Source: Zygnema circumcarinatum SAG 698-1b (taxonomy: Eukaryota > Plantae > Zygnematophyceae). From it: a DNA stretch of 64,000 bases. The position numbers and the translations under genes are program-made. This document shows positions 26,664 through 41,947 of the stretch, piece by piece. Under the pieces are notes generated by a model, which saw only the letters and a list, made by a program, of their open reading frames with translations, was not told the origin of the DNA and ran no database searches. The DNA is taken from the NCBI GenBank assembly GCA_037447605.1, contig CM074813.1:868001-932000 (forward strand), given 5' to 3'. Positions within the stretch are counted from its first letter, which is position 1. The number at the start of each line of letters is the position of its first letter.

Positions 26664-29600
26664 ATGTTCTCGGTCACCGGGAGAGCCGCTCTCCTCCCCT
26701 CCTTCCAAGCAAGCCCTAAAACCTCATTTATTTCTTCCGCAAAATTCGTTCCCAAGAAATCCACACAAAATCAAACGCAATTTGGCACAGGGAGACCGTT
26801 CCACGGCGCTATGGCACGCTCCCCTGAAACGGAACGGAATGGACCGGAAACTGTGACCATGGAAGAGGCGGTGAAGGCCATTCGGAAGTTCGTGCCGGAA
26901 CTGTCGCAGGGCAAGCACAAGGGGCAGGCAGGTGGGCGCAGGGGCTGGGGTTTAGGGTTTAAGGGCTTTAGGGTTTTTAGGGTTAAGCTGGAGGGTTTAG
27001 GGTGTAGGTTCAGGGTTTTAAGGGTTTAGGGTTTTAGGGTCTAGGGTTAGGGTTTAGGGTTTAAGGTTCAGGGTTGGGGTTTTAGGGTTTATGGGTTTGG
27101 GTTAGGGTTTAGGCCGTATGGTCAAAACTAGTAGGCGGTCCATAGTTTCTCTGACCAGCCTGAAATGTATGGAGTTGAAGGCTAGAGTAGGGTTTAAGGC
27201 AGGTTTGAATTTTTTTAAAGTTCTTTCAAATAGGATTTATGTGAATGTTCAAGAGGTTCTTAGAGGTTAAATTTGTTGAAAAGGCTGGACAAACCTAGAA
27301 ATCTTTACTCCTCAAGCCCTTTTTCTTTTTTCCTTTCTAATTTATTGGGGTTTAAGTTTTTTGCATGCAGGCAAGATCGCAGTCATCGGAGGCTGCCGGG
27401 AGTACACGGGAGCGCCTTATTTCGCCGCCATTTCTGCGCTGAAAACGGTCTGCCTTTAACCCTAAAACCCCAACAAAGCCCGCTCGAAATACTCAACCCT
27501 CACTTTTCACTGCCCGTATTCCCTCTAAGTCCCCCTAAAACCGTAAACCCTACACCCTAACCCCTATACCCCTATACCCTAGACCCCTAGACCCCTAGAC
27601 CCCTAGACCCCTAGTCCCCACTCCAGTCCCCCCCCCCGGCGCAGGGCGCAGACTTGTCCCACGTGTTCTGTTCAAAGGAGGCAGCGCCGGTCATAAAAAG
27701 TTACAGTCCGGAGCTCATCGTGCATCCTCTCTCTAAACTCTAAACCCTAAACCCTAACTCTAAACCCTAAACCCTAACTCTAAACCCTAAACCCTAACTC
27801 TAAACCCTAAACCCTAACTCTAAACCCTAAACCCTAATCCTAAACCCTAAACCCTAACTCTAAACCCTAAACCCTAACTCTAAACCCTAAACCCTAACTC
27901 TCAACCCTAAACCCTAAACCCTAATCCGTAACCCTAACCCTACCCCTACCCTAAACCCTAAAGCCTTACTCTAAACCCTAAACCCTTGTAAGCCTTAAAC
28001 CATTGCTCATGCTCTGAAATCCTGTTCGAAAATGTCCACTGGTTGAAGGCTCCAAACTGATCCCTAAATCTGAATTTTTCCGAAAGGCGCTGAGTTTGCA
28101 AAAGCAAACGATTGCGAGTTGTCTCTTTCTTTCCATTTTTTTATGCGTGTGTGTTTTTTTTTTGTTTTTTTGTTTTTGGGATGGTTTCAGAGTGGACGGA
28201 GATGAAAAAGTGAAGCTGGTCAACGAAGTCAACGCGGAAATACGAAAATGGCTTCCCAGATTTGACTGCATTGTGATTGGTCCGGGCCTCGGCCGAGATC
28301 CTCTTCTCACGGTGCGGATCGGAACTCAGTTTCAGTTTTAACAAAGAATCGCTTTCCCTTCCCCCCTTTTTTATTCCCCTTTTAGGGATGCTTTATTTAT
28401 ATGTAGGTTCTTAATGAGTTATCTTGGCGTGAAGGTTCTCCTCTCCCTCTCTTTCTTGCGACTCTCTCCCTCCGCCTCCCTCTCGCCTCTCTCACACACG
28501 CACTAGCTCTCTCTCTCCCTCCCGCCCTTCCCACTATCACTCTTCCCCACTCTGTCTCTCTTCTTCCCTCCTCTCTCTCTCTGCCGCTCTCCCCCCTCTC
28601 TCTCCTCTCTCTCCTCTCTCTCCTCTCTCTCCTCTCTCTCCTCTCTCTCTCCTTGCTCTCTCTCTCCCCCTCTCCCTCTCTCTCTCGCTCTCTCCCTCTC
28701 TCACTCTCTCTCCCTCTCTCCCTCCTGTGCAGGAGTGTGTGGTGCAGGTCATGAAAGACGCCCGAAAGGCGAACATTCCCATGGTCATCGACGGGGTAAA
28801 CTTTCCTTTCATGTGTTTTTCTTTCCTTGTTTCCAGCAAAAGGAAATAAAAAATGGTTATGAACACTTTTTAGGTTCACATAAAAATTTCATTTTTTCAC
28901 TTAATTTTCTGTGTTTTGTTTTTCTCTGACTGGTTCCACCTTTCGACCCTTATACCCCATTTTTCTGATTGGTTCCAGGACGGTCTTTCCATAATTTCCG
29001 ACCAATCAGAGCTCGTCTCCGGATACCCCCTCGCGGTGCTCACTCCAAATGTGAACGAACGGCGGCGATTGCTCGCAGCCGCAGCCAATCGCGATCCCGG
29101 TGAAAATGCGGGCAGCGAAAATTCTCACGGGCAGCTTAAAAAATTGGCAGTAAGGTGGTGTGATTTCCCCCCTTTTTGTTATTTTGGGTTTTGGGGTTTT
29201 CGGGTCCTCTAGGGATTTAGAGGTTTAGGTCGTTTGGGGGAGAATTCCGTTTAAAGCTGTTTACTCCTTTTTTTTTTTGGAGGCGGGAACGGATATTTTT
29301 CATTTTTTTTTTTTGGGACGGGCAGTTTGGGAAATGTGACCATTTTACAAAAGGGGGCGGTGGATCTCATCAGCGACGGACATATCGGTACGGATTTTAT
29401 TCACAATTTTTCTTTTAGAGCCCCCCTTTTTCTCGATTTTTTCTTTCCACTCACCCCACTTTTTGTCCCTCAACTTTTTCTTTTCCTTGTCATAGTCCAT
29501 TATTGATCTCAACTCTCCATGGGGTTTTTTTTGTTTTTTTTTTTTTTGGAGCCCAGTTGTGGAAAATGACCTGTTCGGATCGCCGCGAAGATGTGGAGGA

Positions 29601-30591
29601 CAGGGCGACATTCTCGCCGGAAGGTAATCCCTCCCATTTTTCAAGCTCCATTTTTTTCTTCATATTGCGGTTTGTCAAAATCCAAGAGATTCCAAAACCC
29701 TAAACCCTTCAAGCTCTCCTGAAACCTGGAACATCAGAAAAAGCCGAAACCGCAAAACACCAAAAAAGGTAAAACTCCAGAACCCTAGAATCTCACCCAA
29801 ACCCCAAAACCCTAAAGCCTGAAATCCCGAACCCGAACCCGAACCCTAAAACCTTAAATCCTAAAACCCGTAACACTAAACCCTAATTTCTAAGACCCCA
29901 AACCAAACCCTAAACCTTAAACCCGAAGCTTTCAAACCCCAAACTGAATCCCTAAAACCTAAACCCCAGTCGCTGAACCCTAAAATCAAACCTGAATCCT
30001 TAAACCCTAAACCCTAAACCCCAGCCGCTGAACACTAAAACCCTATATTCTAATCCCGAAGCTCTAAAGCCCTCGTAATATTTCGCAGCACGGCTGTCTT
30101 TCTCGCCTGGGCGAACACATTTTACAAAAATTCTCCGGAAGAGACCGAAGAAACCAAAAACTTGCGCCAAGTTTTTTCCGGAAAATCCGCCGCGGTGGCC
30201 GCGGCGTATGCCGGCTCCCTATTGGTCCGCCGCTCGGCCCTGCCCGCGTTCATTAAATATGGGCGCAGCGCCGTCACCACCGACATCATTCAAGAACTGG
30301 GAGCGAGGTCAGCAGCAAAAATTAGGGTTATGGGGCTAAAACCCTAAACGCTAAAACCCTCAACCTTAAAACCCTAAACCTAAAAACCCTAAACCCTAAA
30401 AACCCTAAACCCTAAAACCCTAAACCCTGAAGCCCTGAACCCAGGGACTTTAGAGCTTGCAAGAGTTTTTTTTTCTTATTTTGAGGTTCTCTTTTGATCA
30501 TTGATTTTGGCGTTTTTTTTGTTTTACTGTTTGCAGCATGGAAGCGCTGTTCCCTGTTGGAAAATACGACTACAAGGGACCGAAACTGTGA
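26664..30591 (+). CDS. NNRD: ATP-dependent NAD(P)HX dehydratase (YjeF-C/CARKD family) with N-terminal presequence; 3' end of exon 3 missing in this assembly
   Basis: Exons give HKGQAG|[73 protein letters not shown]|[42 protein letters not shown] and ..RSAVTTDII; stop at 30589-30591. Confidence 0.95.
26940..27115 (+). repeat. Degenerate telomere-like (TTTAGGG/TTAGGG) array in NNRD intron 1
   Basis: GGGTTTAGGGTTTAAGGG..GGGTTAGGGTTTAGG variants begin a few nt after the donor. Confidence 0.9.
27731..27985 (-). repeat. Telomere-like higher-order array, 20-bp unit CTCTAAACCCTAAACCCTAA x ~9
   Basis: Tandem units are directly visible and abut NNRD exon 3. Confidence 0.95.
29690..30065 (-). repeat. 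Highly degenerate AAACCCT(A)-rich telomere-like tract in an NNRD intron
   Basis: Many AACCCTAAA/AACCCCAAA/AACCCGAA variants fill the intron; a similar tract lies at 30330-30440. Confidence 0.8.
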
Positions 30592-31063
30592 TGCTGTGAA
30601 TGGGCAACGGTATTCTGTTGGGAACAACAGAAACTGGAACGGTAACGGTTTTCAACGGAATGGTCCTTCGACTGTGTATGATAGTCTTTTGGAAAGTTTT
30701 TTGGGAGCTTGTGTACATGTGCAACCGCAGGTTTTCGTTTTAGGGTTCTGCTTTGAAGTTGTTCTGGCAAAGTTTGTAAATAGAGAAAAAACCGCAACTT
30801 TTACTGAAAGGGAACTTTTCTATCAATGCACAGTTCAATTGACAAGCAGTTATGTTTGCCAAAAGCAAATTAAGGGGAGAGAGTAAGGAAACAGAAAACT
30901 CACGAAAACAATTTACAAATGGGCAACTTACAACATTGACTTATGACTTGTATACTACTTCAGAAATGCCCAAAACCATCTCTTGAAAACGGCATCCAGA
31001 TCTTAGATCAAAACTGGAACTGAAACGTGACTGAAACTGCAACCTGCAACTGGTTTCAGTTCC

Positions 31064-34588
<3,525 letters not shown>

Positions 34589-35956
34589 GGCGGCGGCTCT
34601 CTTCCCTTCGGTATGTGGCTGTAACTGGAACTGCAACTGTAACGATGACTGTGTCTGCGTTTCAGCATCGAACGGCGTGGTCCAGTTTCTGTTTGAGCAC
34701 TTGGAAGGTCCATGTGTTGGTTGCATGGAAATCTTTGTTAAAAAACGTCTATTAAAAAGGGAAGTCGAGTAGTAAAATTCGAATCCTTTTAGTTTTTTTT
34801 TAAGTTGGTTTTAGTTGCCACTTCCATCCCCGAAGTTGAGATCCTTTAACCCTCCTCCTGCACTCTGAACCCTGATTTCTAAAACTCGGCCCGTCAGAAA
34901 TCCCTCCCTATTTGGGTTTGCGCCATGCCGCATACATGGCCATGCCTGCATGCATGCATGCATGTATGCACATGGTAACCATGATTTGAAGTGTACATTT
35001 TCCCTAGCAACACATTCAAAGAATATGAACAACAAATTGACGCTCACGACGTAAAGTGAACAATGTGCGGCGAGTGCTGACAGAACAGCCACAAGTTCTC
35101 ATCTGCAATTTCCCTTCATACAGAGACTGGAACAGCACCTTGCCGCATCGTATCGCACCGTATCGTATATAATCATAACTTTTCGTATCGTATCGAACAG
35201 TATCGTATCGCACCGGAAACCCCCCCCCCCCCCCCTTTTTGCTTTTCCCCCTTTTCCCCCTCCCCCCCTCCCTTTTTGCTTTTGGTCCTCCGAGGGGTGG
35301 CCTGGGTCCGTACGGGTGGTGCGCTTAGCGCGCCGAGGGGTGCCCTTAGATACCTAGAGACCCCAGGTAGGTCGGTGTCCGCGATGTCTTCAACCTCCTT
35401 CGGTGTGCCGTTAGCGCACTTTACGTTCCACAAGTCGCCAAACGCACATGGTTTGGCCTTTCTTTCCTCTGGAAGGGGCCGGCCATGCGTCGATGCTGGG
35501 ATGGACCCATGCATGCATGCACGCATGCATGGGTCGAAGGAAGCATAGGTAAAAGCCATTTGATTGAGCATCGATGGAGGAACAATGCACGCAAGCAATG
35601 CGCCTTCTGCCGTCACTCTTCGCTCATTTGAAAGTAGAATTTTATTCTCGTTTCTAAAAAATAACAAATGATCCAATTTTCGCATTGACCCTCTGAAATA
35701 AACCCCCAAAAACACCTAAAAATAATCGAAAACCTCAGAACCCTAGACTTCTGTACGTTCTGAACCCCAAAAGAATCATGAATCCTCGCCTTACCTTTAA
35801 CCTCAGCAAACCTAAATCTCCAAACCACCAAAATCAAGAACAACCTCCCCTCGGAATCTTCAGGTCCTGAAACCCTAAAGCCTTAACTCCTGCACCCGGG
35901 AACCCAAAGCACTTTCTAGATCCTAAACCCTGAACCCTAAACCCTAAACCCTAACC

Positions 35957-38900
35957 CTAATTTTTAACCTCTATTGGAAGGCCGGATGTTAGGTCAACGA
36001 GCGAGTCTTCGCTGGCCGGCAGAACGTGCGCACCCCTTCCGGGCCGAGTGCAGATAATGTATTGCAGCTCTCCCTTCCACTTCATTGTGGAATTAGGGTT
36101 AGGGTTAGGGTTAGAGATTTCCTCCGGAGGGTTCAGGGCATCGAGGTCCACCCCTTGGAGGTTTTGCTGCAAGTCTCCAACCACGTACCTGCAATGAATC
36201 ACCCGAAAATGATTAAACGAAAGATATTGAAACCCTAAAAAGCTGCAAAGCTGCAGATATTATCGGAAGGAAAAAAAAAAAATTGCCATGCGGAACTGAC
36301 AGGAAATTAATCCGTTCGAGGCAACGGAGCGAGCATCGAACTATCAGACATAGAATGAGTTGTAGAAATAGAGGTGTGCTTCAGCACGACTCAGGTGAAA
36401 CCCGCCGAGAGACAAGATTGGCTGTAATTCTCAATTGCTAAAATGAAATTGAGAAACAAATGATTAACGAATGCCGAAAGAAATTGAAAAAGAAAAACGC
36501 ACTTAGAAATGGGCTGCTCTGCGGGGGGCGGAAAATGGTAAAGGAGTCGATTGAGCAGCTGACTTTCGTCTTCACTGCGGACAAAAATCACCGCATTTGG
36601 GCCGGCGTCGAATGTATATGCAGCCTGAAAAAAAAAAAAAAAAAGGGGGGGGAGGGGGAGGAAAAAGCAATCTCAGAAACAAACGCCACAAAATCATAAA
36701 AAGCATGTAAACCCTAAAACAGAAAATACACGCAAAATTCCATAACCAGTATTACCAAACTCAGAAGATCCAAAAAATGATCTTGATGAGCCAAATTTAA
36801 GTGGGATTAAAGAACGCCTAAACCCTAAAATGCCTTAACAAAGAAAGGGGGTTCAGGAGAGAAACTAAGGTTTGCAGTATTCTGCTTACCACGGGCTCAC
36901 CCCGGAATTTGTTCCATCTTTCCACAATACCAATTATCCTGCAACGCAATTTCCAACCAACGCACATTTACCACAAGGATTCCGTAAGTGACTACTGACT
37001 GCTGCTTAACTGAAAACCGAAGAAAACTGCAAATTTTACAAATCATAAAAATGGCTTAAAATCTGAAACTCGTTAGACCCTAAACCCTAAAACCCCATTC
37101 CATGTGAGCAGTTGCAACATGCCTGCGTGAAGTATCCGTGAGGTAGAATATTGGAGGCGCGGTATCAAGACACGTGGCATGGAACTGGTTACTGTCGGCA
37201 CATGTAAGTCGAGCAAAATTTGCAAAATCACACTTGGAAATGGCAGTTTCCATTTCTTGGAGTCTTTTGGGGACAACTTCCTGCAAGCAGCCTCCTCCGA
37301 TTTGCTTCAGCGAGAAGAGAATGGATAAGAGCTGACGTTTTTACAGAAACTTGGTTTTCAGTTTTTTGACAAGTTTGTTCTTTCCAAGTTCAGTGCAGGT
37401 TTACTCCAATCTAGAGAGTGAGCCATTCGTTAAGTTTGGCCTCAAATTCTTTAAGTTCTGAAGATTGAGTGCTTATTTAGATTTAGATTATTATTTGCGG
37501 CTTCAGATCTGCTCTCTGCCTCTTGGCATTTCCCATCTTCATGCCTCTCCTCCTCTTCTTCCCCCCACTCTCACTCTATCACCTTTTCTCCTTTTCCTTT
37601 TCCTCTCCTCCCCTTCCCCCTCCCTCTCACCTTTGCTCTATAATGGAGAAGCGGTGATGTTCGCACCGTCTCCTCCATTCCTGCAGTGCTGCTCGTCTCC
37701 TTCTGTCGGTCACTCACCTGCACGCATAGAACACGGTACACTTAAGCACGCTAGAAATGCCAAAAAAACAATGATGTCCATGATCTCGGAGTCGATGATG
37801 TTGGCAATGATGATGATGATGATGATGATACAAGCGGTGATGATGATGATGATGATGATGATGATGTCGGGGCAGGCACTCACAACAGCGATGATGATGC
37901 GCATGTTCGGCCAATGGGAGTGCTCCGCCACTTGCTCCGCGATGCTATCGTGGCCGTCCTCAGCCTGCCATGCATGCATGCATGCCATGCGTCAGCAACA
38001 TCATCATGCATGCATGCATGAACGCATGTCCATTTTCAAATATGAGAGTCTCCTACATTCCATAACTTTCAACGCAAGCATTGGAAAGAAATCACCACGG
38101 GAACAAACGCCTCGAGTAAGGAGTTGGACTGGCAATGAAAAGCAACAAACTGAAACAAGAAGCACATTTGACACATGGAAACGGCGGCAACCCTCACCTG
38201 CCCCATGTTCCACTTCACATATCCGCCGTACAGACTGCGACATGCGCTGCCGGAGCCCAGCCTGAAAGGAGGAGACTGCAAAGAACAGCTTTAGGGTTCC
38301 AAGGGATTAAAGTTTTTAGATTTTCTAAGGACTTTACAATTTGCTCATCTTTAGGGTTTCCGTGTTCTGCAAAGGAGCATATAAAGGGATTGTGAGTTTT
38401 GAGGATCTTAAAATTTCATCATTCCAAGAATCAAACTTGAAATCTAGAACTAGGAATTCGTGAAAACCGAACTCCGTAGAAATAAGATATGCACTTGGTA
38501 TATGTTGTTGTAATAAAAAAGCTGGATATCTGACCCAAGATGAGTAAAATGTGCAATAAATATGCAGCAAACCCTAAATGCGTATCCATGTGAAAGGGGA
38601 GGAGCTGTACGGACCTGGCAATAGCAGAGAGCTCTCCCGGGTAACTTTCCTCCACTCCCATCAGCTTTGCTAAAGCATAAACTGATCAATAGCCCAGTTA
38701 AATCCCCCCAGCGATCCTTTCTCTTGTGAGATTGACAAAAAATAGCTAATTTGGAGACAAGCAAGGCAAATGGAAAAAACACAAAGTAGCAAATGCTCTA
38801 CGACAATTATGAATCACGAAGGTGTCCTCAATACAACATTCCTATCATAGAGAAAGAACTGCGTTACTCTAAATGGTTTAAAACTACCATAATTTAGCAC

Positions 38901-39690
38901 TTCCTAAACAGATTAAACCATGTATGCACTAATGGAGAACATGGAACTAAGTAAGAGAGAGTCAAGAGAAACTAGTCCGTTTATTCAAGTTTAGATTCAG
39001 AATATACGAGGCAGTTCAGATCAATAAAAATGAATAAACTAATTTCAGGTCTAACCTTACCGAGGCAGGCGAACCCTGCGGCAGATGATGCAAGACCCGC
39101 GGCTGTCGGAAAATTATTCGATGAAACGATGTGAAGTTTCAAATGCTGCCAGTCACTCTCCTTTATCTCCACGCCCGTCTTTTCATGTTTAACGAATTTT
39201 GCACGTTTACGGAGTTCATGTAAACAGTTTTGGTAACGAACTCCTTGAAGAGAGAGCTCCTGGAAAGTAGAAGTTGAGAAAGGGGAGGGAGTGAGAAAAG
39301 CCGAGATAATCTAAAACCCTAAAATTCTAGAAAAGTAAAACCTCCAAAACTTCAAACCTTAGATGCCTTTAAAACCTGAAACCAATTCCATCCCATCATC
39401 GGCTCTCCGGCGAGCCCTGCAACCCTGCTGATCCCCCGCAAGCTCACCTTCCCATTGAGCCAGAGCCGGTCGGCGCTGAACCCCGGGCTGGCGGCGACGG
39501 TGGTGGTGGCGGCCAGCTGGTCGGGGTTCAGCGTCACGGACAGACTGCCATTCAACGGCAGGATGTGCTCCACGTGGCGCTTCCCCCAGTACTTGATCAC
39601 CGCGATATTGCTGGGCGCCCGCGCCGTCACCCACACGATCCATGGCCCTCCGTTCCCTTCTAGGGTTTGCTGCGGGTAGCTCGGATCCAT
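35957..39690 (-). CDS. MVD: Diphosphomevalonate decarboxylase (cytosolic MVA pathway)
   Basis: ATG at 39690. Exons give [50 protein letters not shown]|[61 protein letters not shown] and [12 protein letters not shown]; stop at 35957-35959. Confidence 0.97.
37790..37900. repeat. (GAT)n microsatellite at the 5' end of an MVD intron
   Basis: Runs of ATGATGATG are directly visible. Confidence 0.85.
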
Positions 39691-41408
39691 GGCGGAGGGG
39701 AGGAAGAGGGAGTGGGGAAAGGCGAGGGAGGGGGGGTGGTGGGGCAAGGGGAGGAGACCCTACTGGCGCCTGCTTTCGATATACCGTTCACGATAATTGA
39801 GAGATATATCGTATCGGACATTACGACCTATGCCATCCCGTGTAGATCCTGTTGCAGTTGTCGTCGAACAGGGGTTCACATGGAGAGAGGACTGACAGCA
39901 ACGTCAAACAGTTAGATTCCATGCTACGAAAGCGTAAAACTCTGAAACGAATTCGCAAATATTGTTTGAATCCCCACAACGGAGCAGGCATGGATCCAGT
40001 AACAGGTCCAGTCAGAGTGCTGACGTCAGACGTGTGCTCTTCAATTCCTGCCATGTGCGCCAACCCTGTCCCTTCGTCAAACGTTGACTTTTGGCTGCCG
40101 TCGAGGGCTAGAGTGCCACTGTGCCACCCGGCCGTACGGCCCGAAGATATGACTGTACAACCAGAAGGATGGAGATGCTCCTTGGACCTTCTGAGGGAGG
40201 CGGCATCCACTGGAGATTCAATTCAATGACGTGCACCAACCCTGATGTACCACGTAAACACTTAACGTGTGTGTGCCTACGTGGAGTTCCGTGATTGGAG
40301 GCGGGACATTCGCTGTGGTTTTAACCCATCCATTACAGCCCCGTCTTGTCCCCCGTGCCGTTGTGGTCGTACAGGGGTGTGCGCGCAGCGGCTGGGGGGC
40401 GGCAGAGGGTTGCGGCGGCGCTTCGCATTTCGCAGGCCTGGAAGACGGAGCGGCGGGGGGGGCGCAGGTCGGTGCCGTACAGGGCGAGTGACACACGTGT
40501 GAGGGAAGGCTTACACTGGTTACAGATGTCGGTGGGAGCCGAGTTCAGCAGAGACACACCGACACGACCGACCAACGCTTTGGGCAACCGCCGGGCCGGT
40601 CGGGCGGGGAGGGGGAGAGGGAGAGGGAGAGGGAGTGGGGAGGGAGGGAGGGAGGGAGGGAGGGAGGAGAGAGAGGGAGAAGGGAAGGGGAAGGAGAGGG
40701 GGGGAGAGCGAGTGAGGGAGTGGAAGAGGGAGAGGTAGAGTGGGGATTGGAGGGAGGAGTAGGAGGAGAATGGGGAGGTGAAGGGAGGAGAGGCTGAAAG
40801 AGGGAGGTACAGGTAGAGAGGGTTCCGAAGCCAAGTTGAGAGGGGAGCGGAGGGGCCGAGGAAAGAGACAGACAGAGATTAGAAGTAAATTAATATTTTT
40901 TAAGTGACTTAATTAGGAGCTTCTAGTTGCAGAGGTCAGATCAGTTCAAGAATTTGCTTATTTCAATTATTTACTTTACTTATTATTTTATTTTGATATG
41001 AAACAGAAGAAATAAGAGCAAAGCCCGCCCACGCGTAGGGGAAGATCTGGATAAGTCTGAGCACGTTCACACGTGGCTCGAAATGCTTCGACCTTTGAAT
41101 TTCAACGTAGAAAGGGAGGAATAAGATTTCAGACTATTTCTCGAGAAACATTTGAGGGGTATACAAGCTTTATATTTCTCTAGAATTCTGGGGGGTTACT
41201 ATTTGAAGTGATTAAGGGTTCATAGCAGTACGGAAAATATCTGAACCAAACTATAATGGCGCGAAGCCTCAACTTTTTTCTAAGGCTGGAAAACTGCGAA
41301 GGTTTAGCGAAACAGAGGGAGAGGAGAGAGGGAGAGGGAGAGGGAGAGGGAGGAGAGAGAGGAGTGAGGCGGACTCGGGAGGCGATACAATGTAGAAGAA
41401 GCAGAATT

Positions 41409-41916
41409 ATGGCGGTGCTATATTTGGGTATAATGGGGGTACTCGCAAACACAATAGCGATTAGGGCGGAGGTCGACCTTGCTTCAGGTGAGGACGGAAA
41501 AACCTATTTTTTCCCGTTCTTTTTTCCGAGGATCGAGAGGGAGAAAGGATTCAAATTTCGTCCATAAGCGTCGCCGCAGTCATTTAACTCCTGACAGAAT
41601 TTCCGGAACCAAACGTAAAATGTCATTTTTTCAATTTGGAATAGGGGTAATTAAGACGGCAAGAGTTGGGGAAGGGAGGGAGGGAGGGAGGGAGGGAGGG
41701 AGGGTGGGGGAGAGGGAGGGAAAGGACCAATAGACGAGGAGAGTGGGGGCGAAAGGAGGGCAGAGCGAGAGCAAGAAACACACAGAGGGGGGAAGAGAGA
41801 GAGAGAGGCGGAGCAAGGTGGGAGAGGGCGAGAAAAGTTTGCCATGTGGGATAGAGAGGCTGAGGAGGAGTGATTGGAAACAAATTAATTATTTTAATCC
41901 AGATTACTTTCTTCTT

Positions 41917-41947
<31 letters not shown>

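Noticed and set aside
27731-27985. True chromosome end or telomere
   Set aside because: The array is internal and intronic, has variant 20-bp units, and genes continue on both sides.
39820-40230. 125-130 aa ORFs between MVD and RLK1
   Set aside because: No motifs, non-ATG starts, and overlapping ORFs on both strands; more consistent with intergenic sequence.
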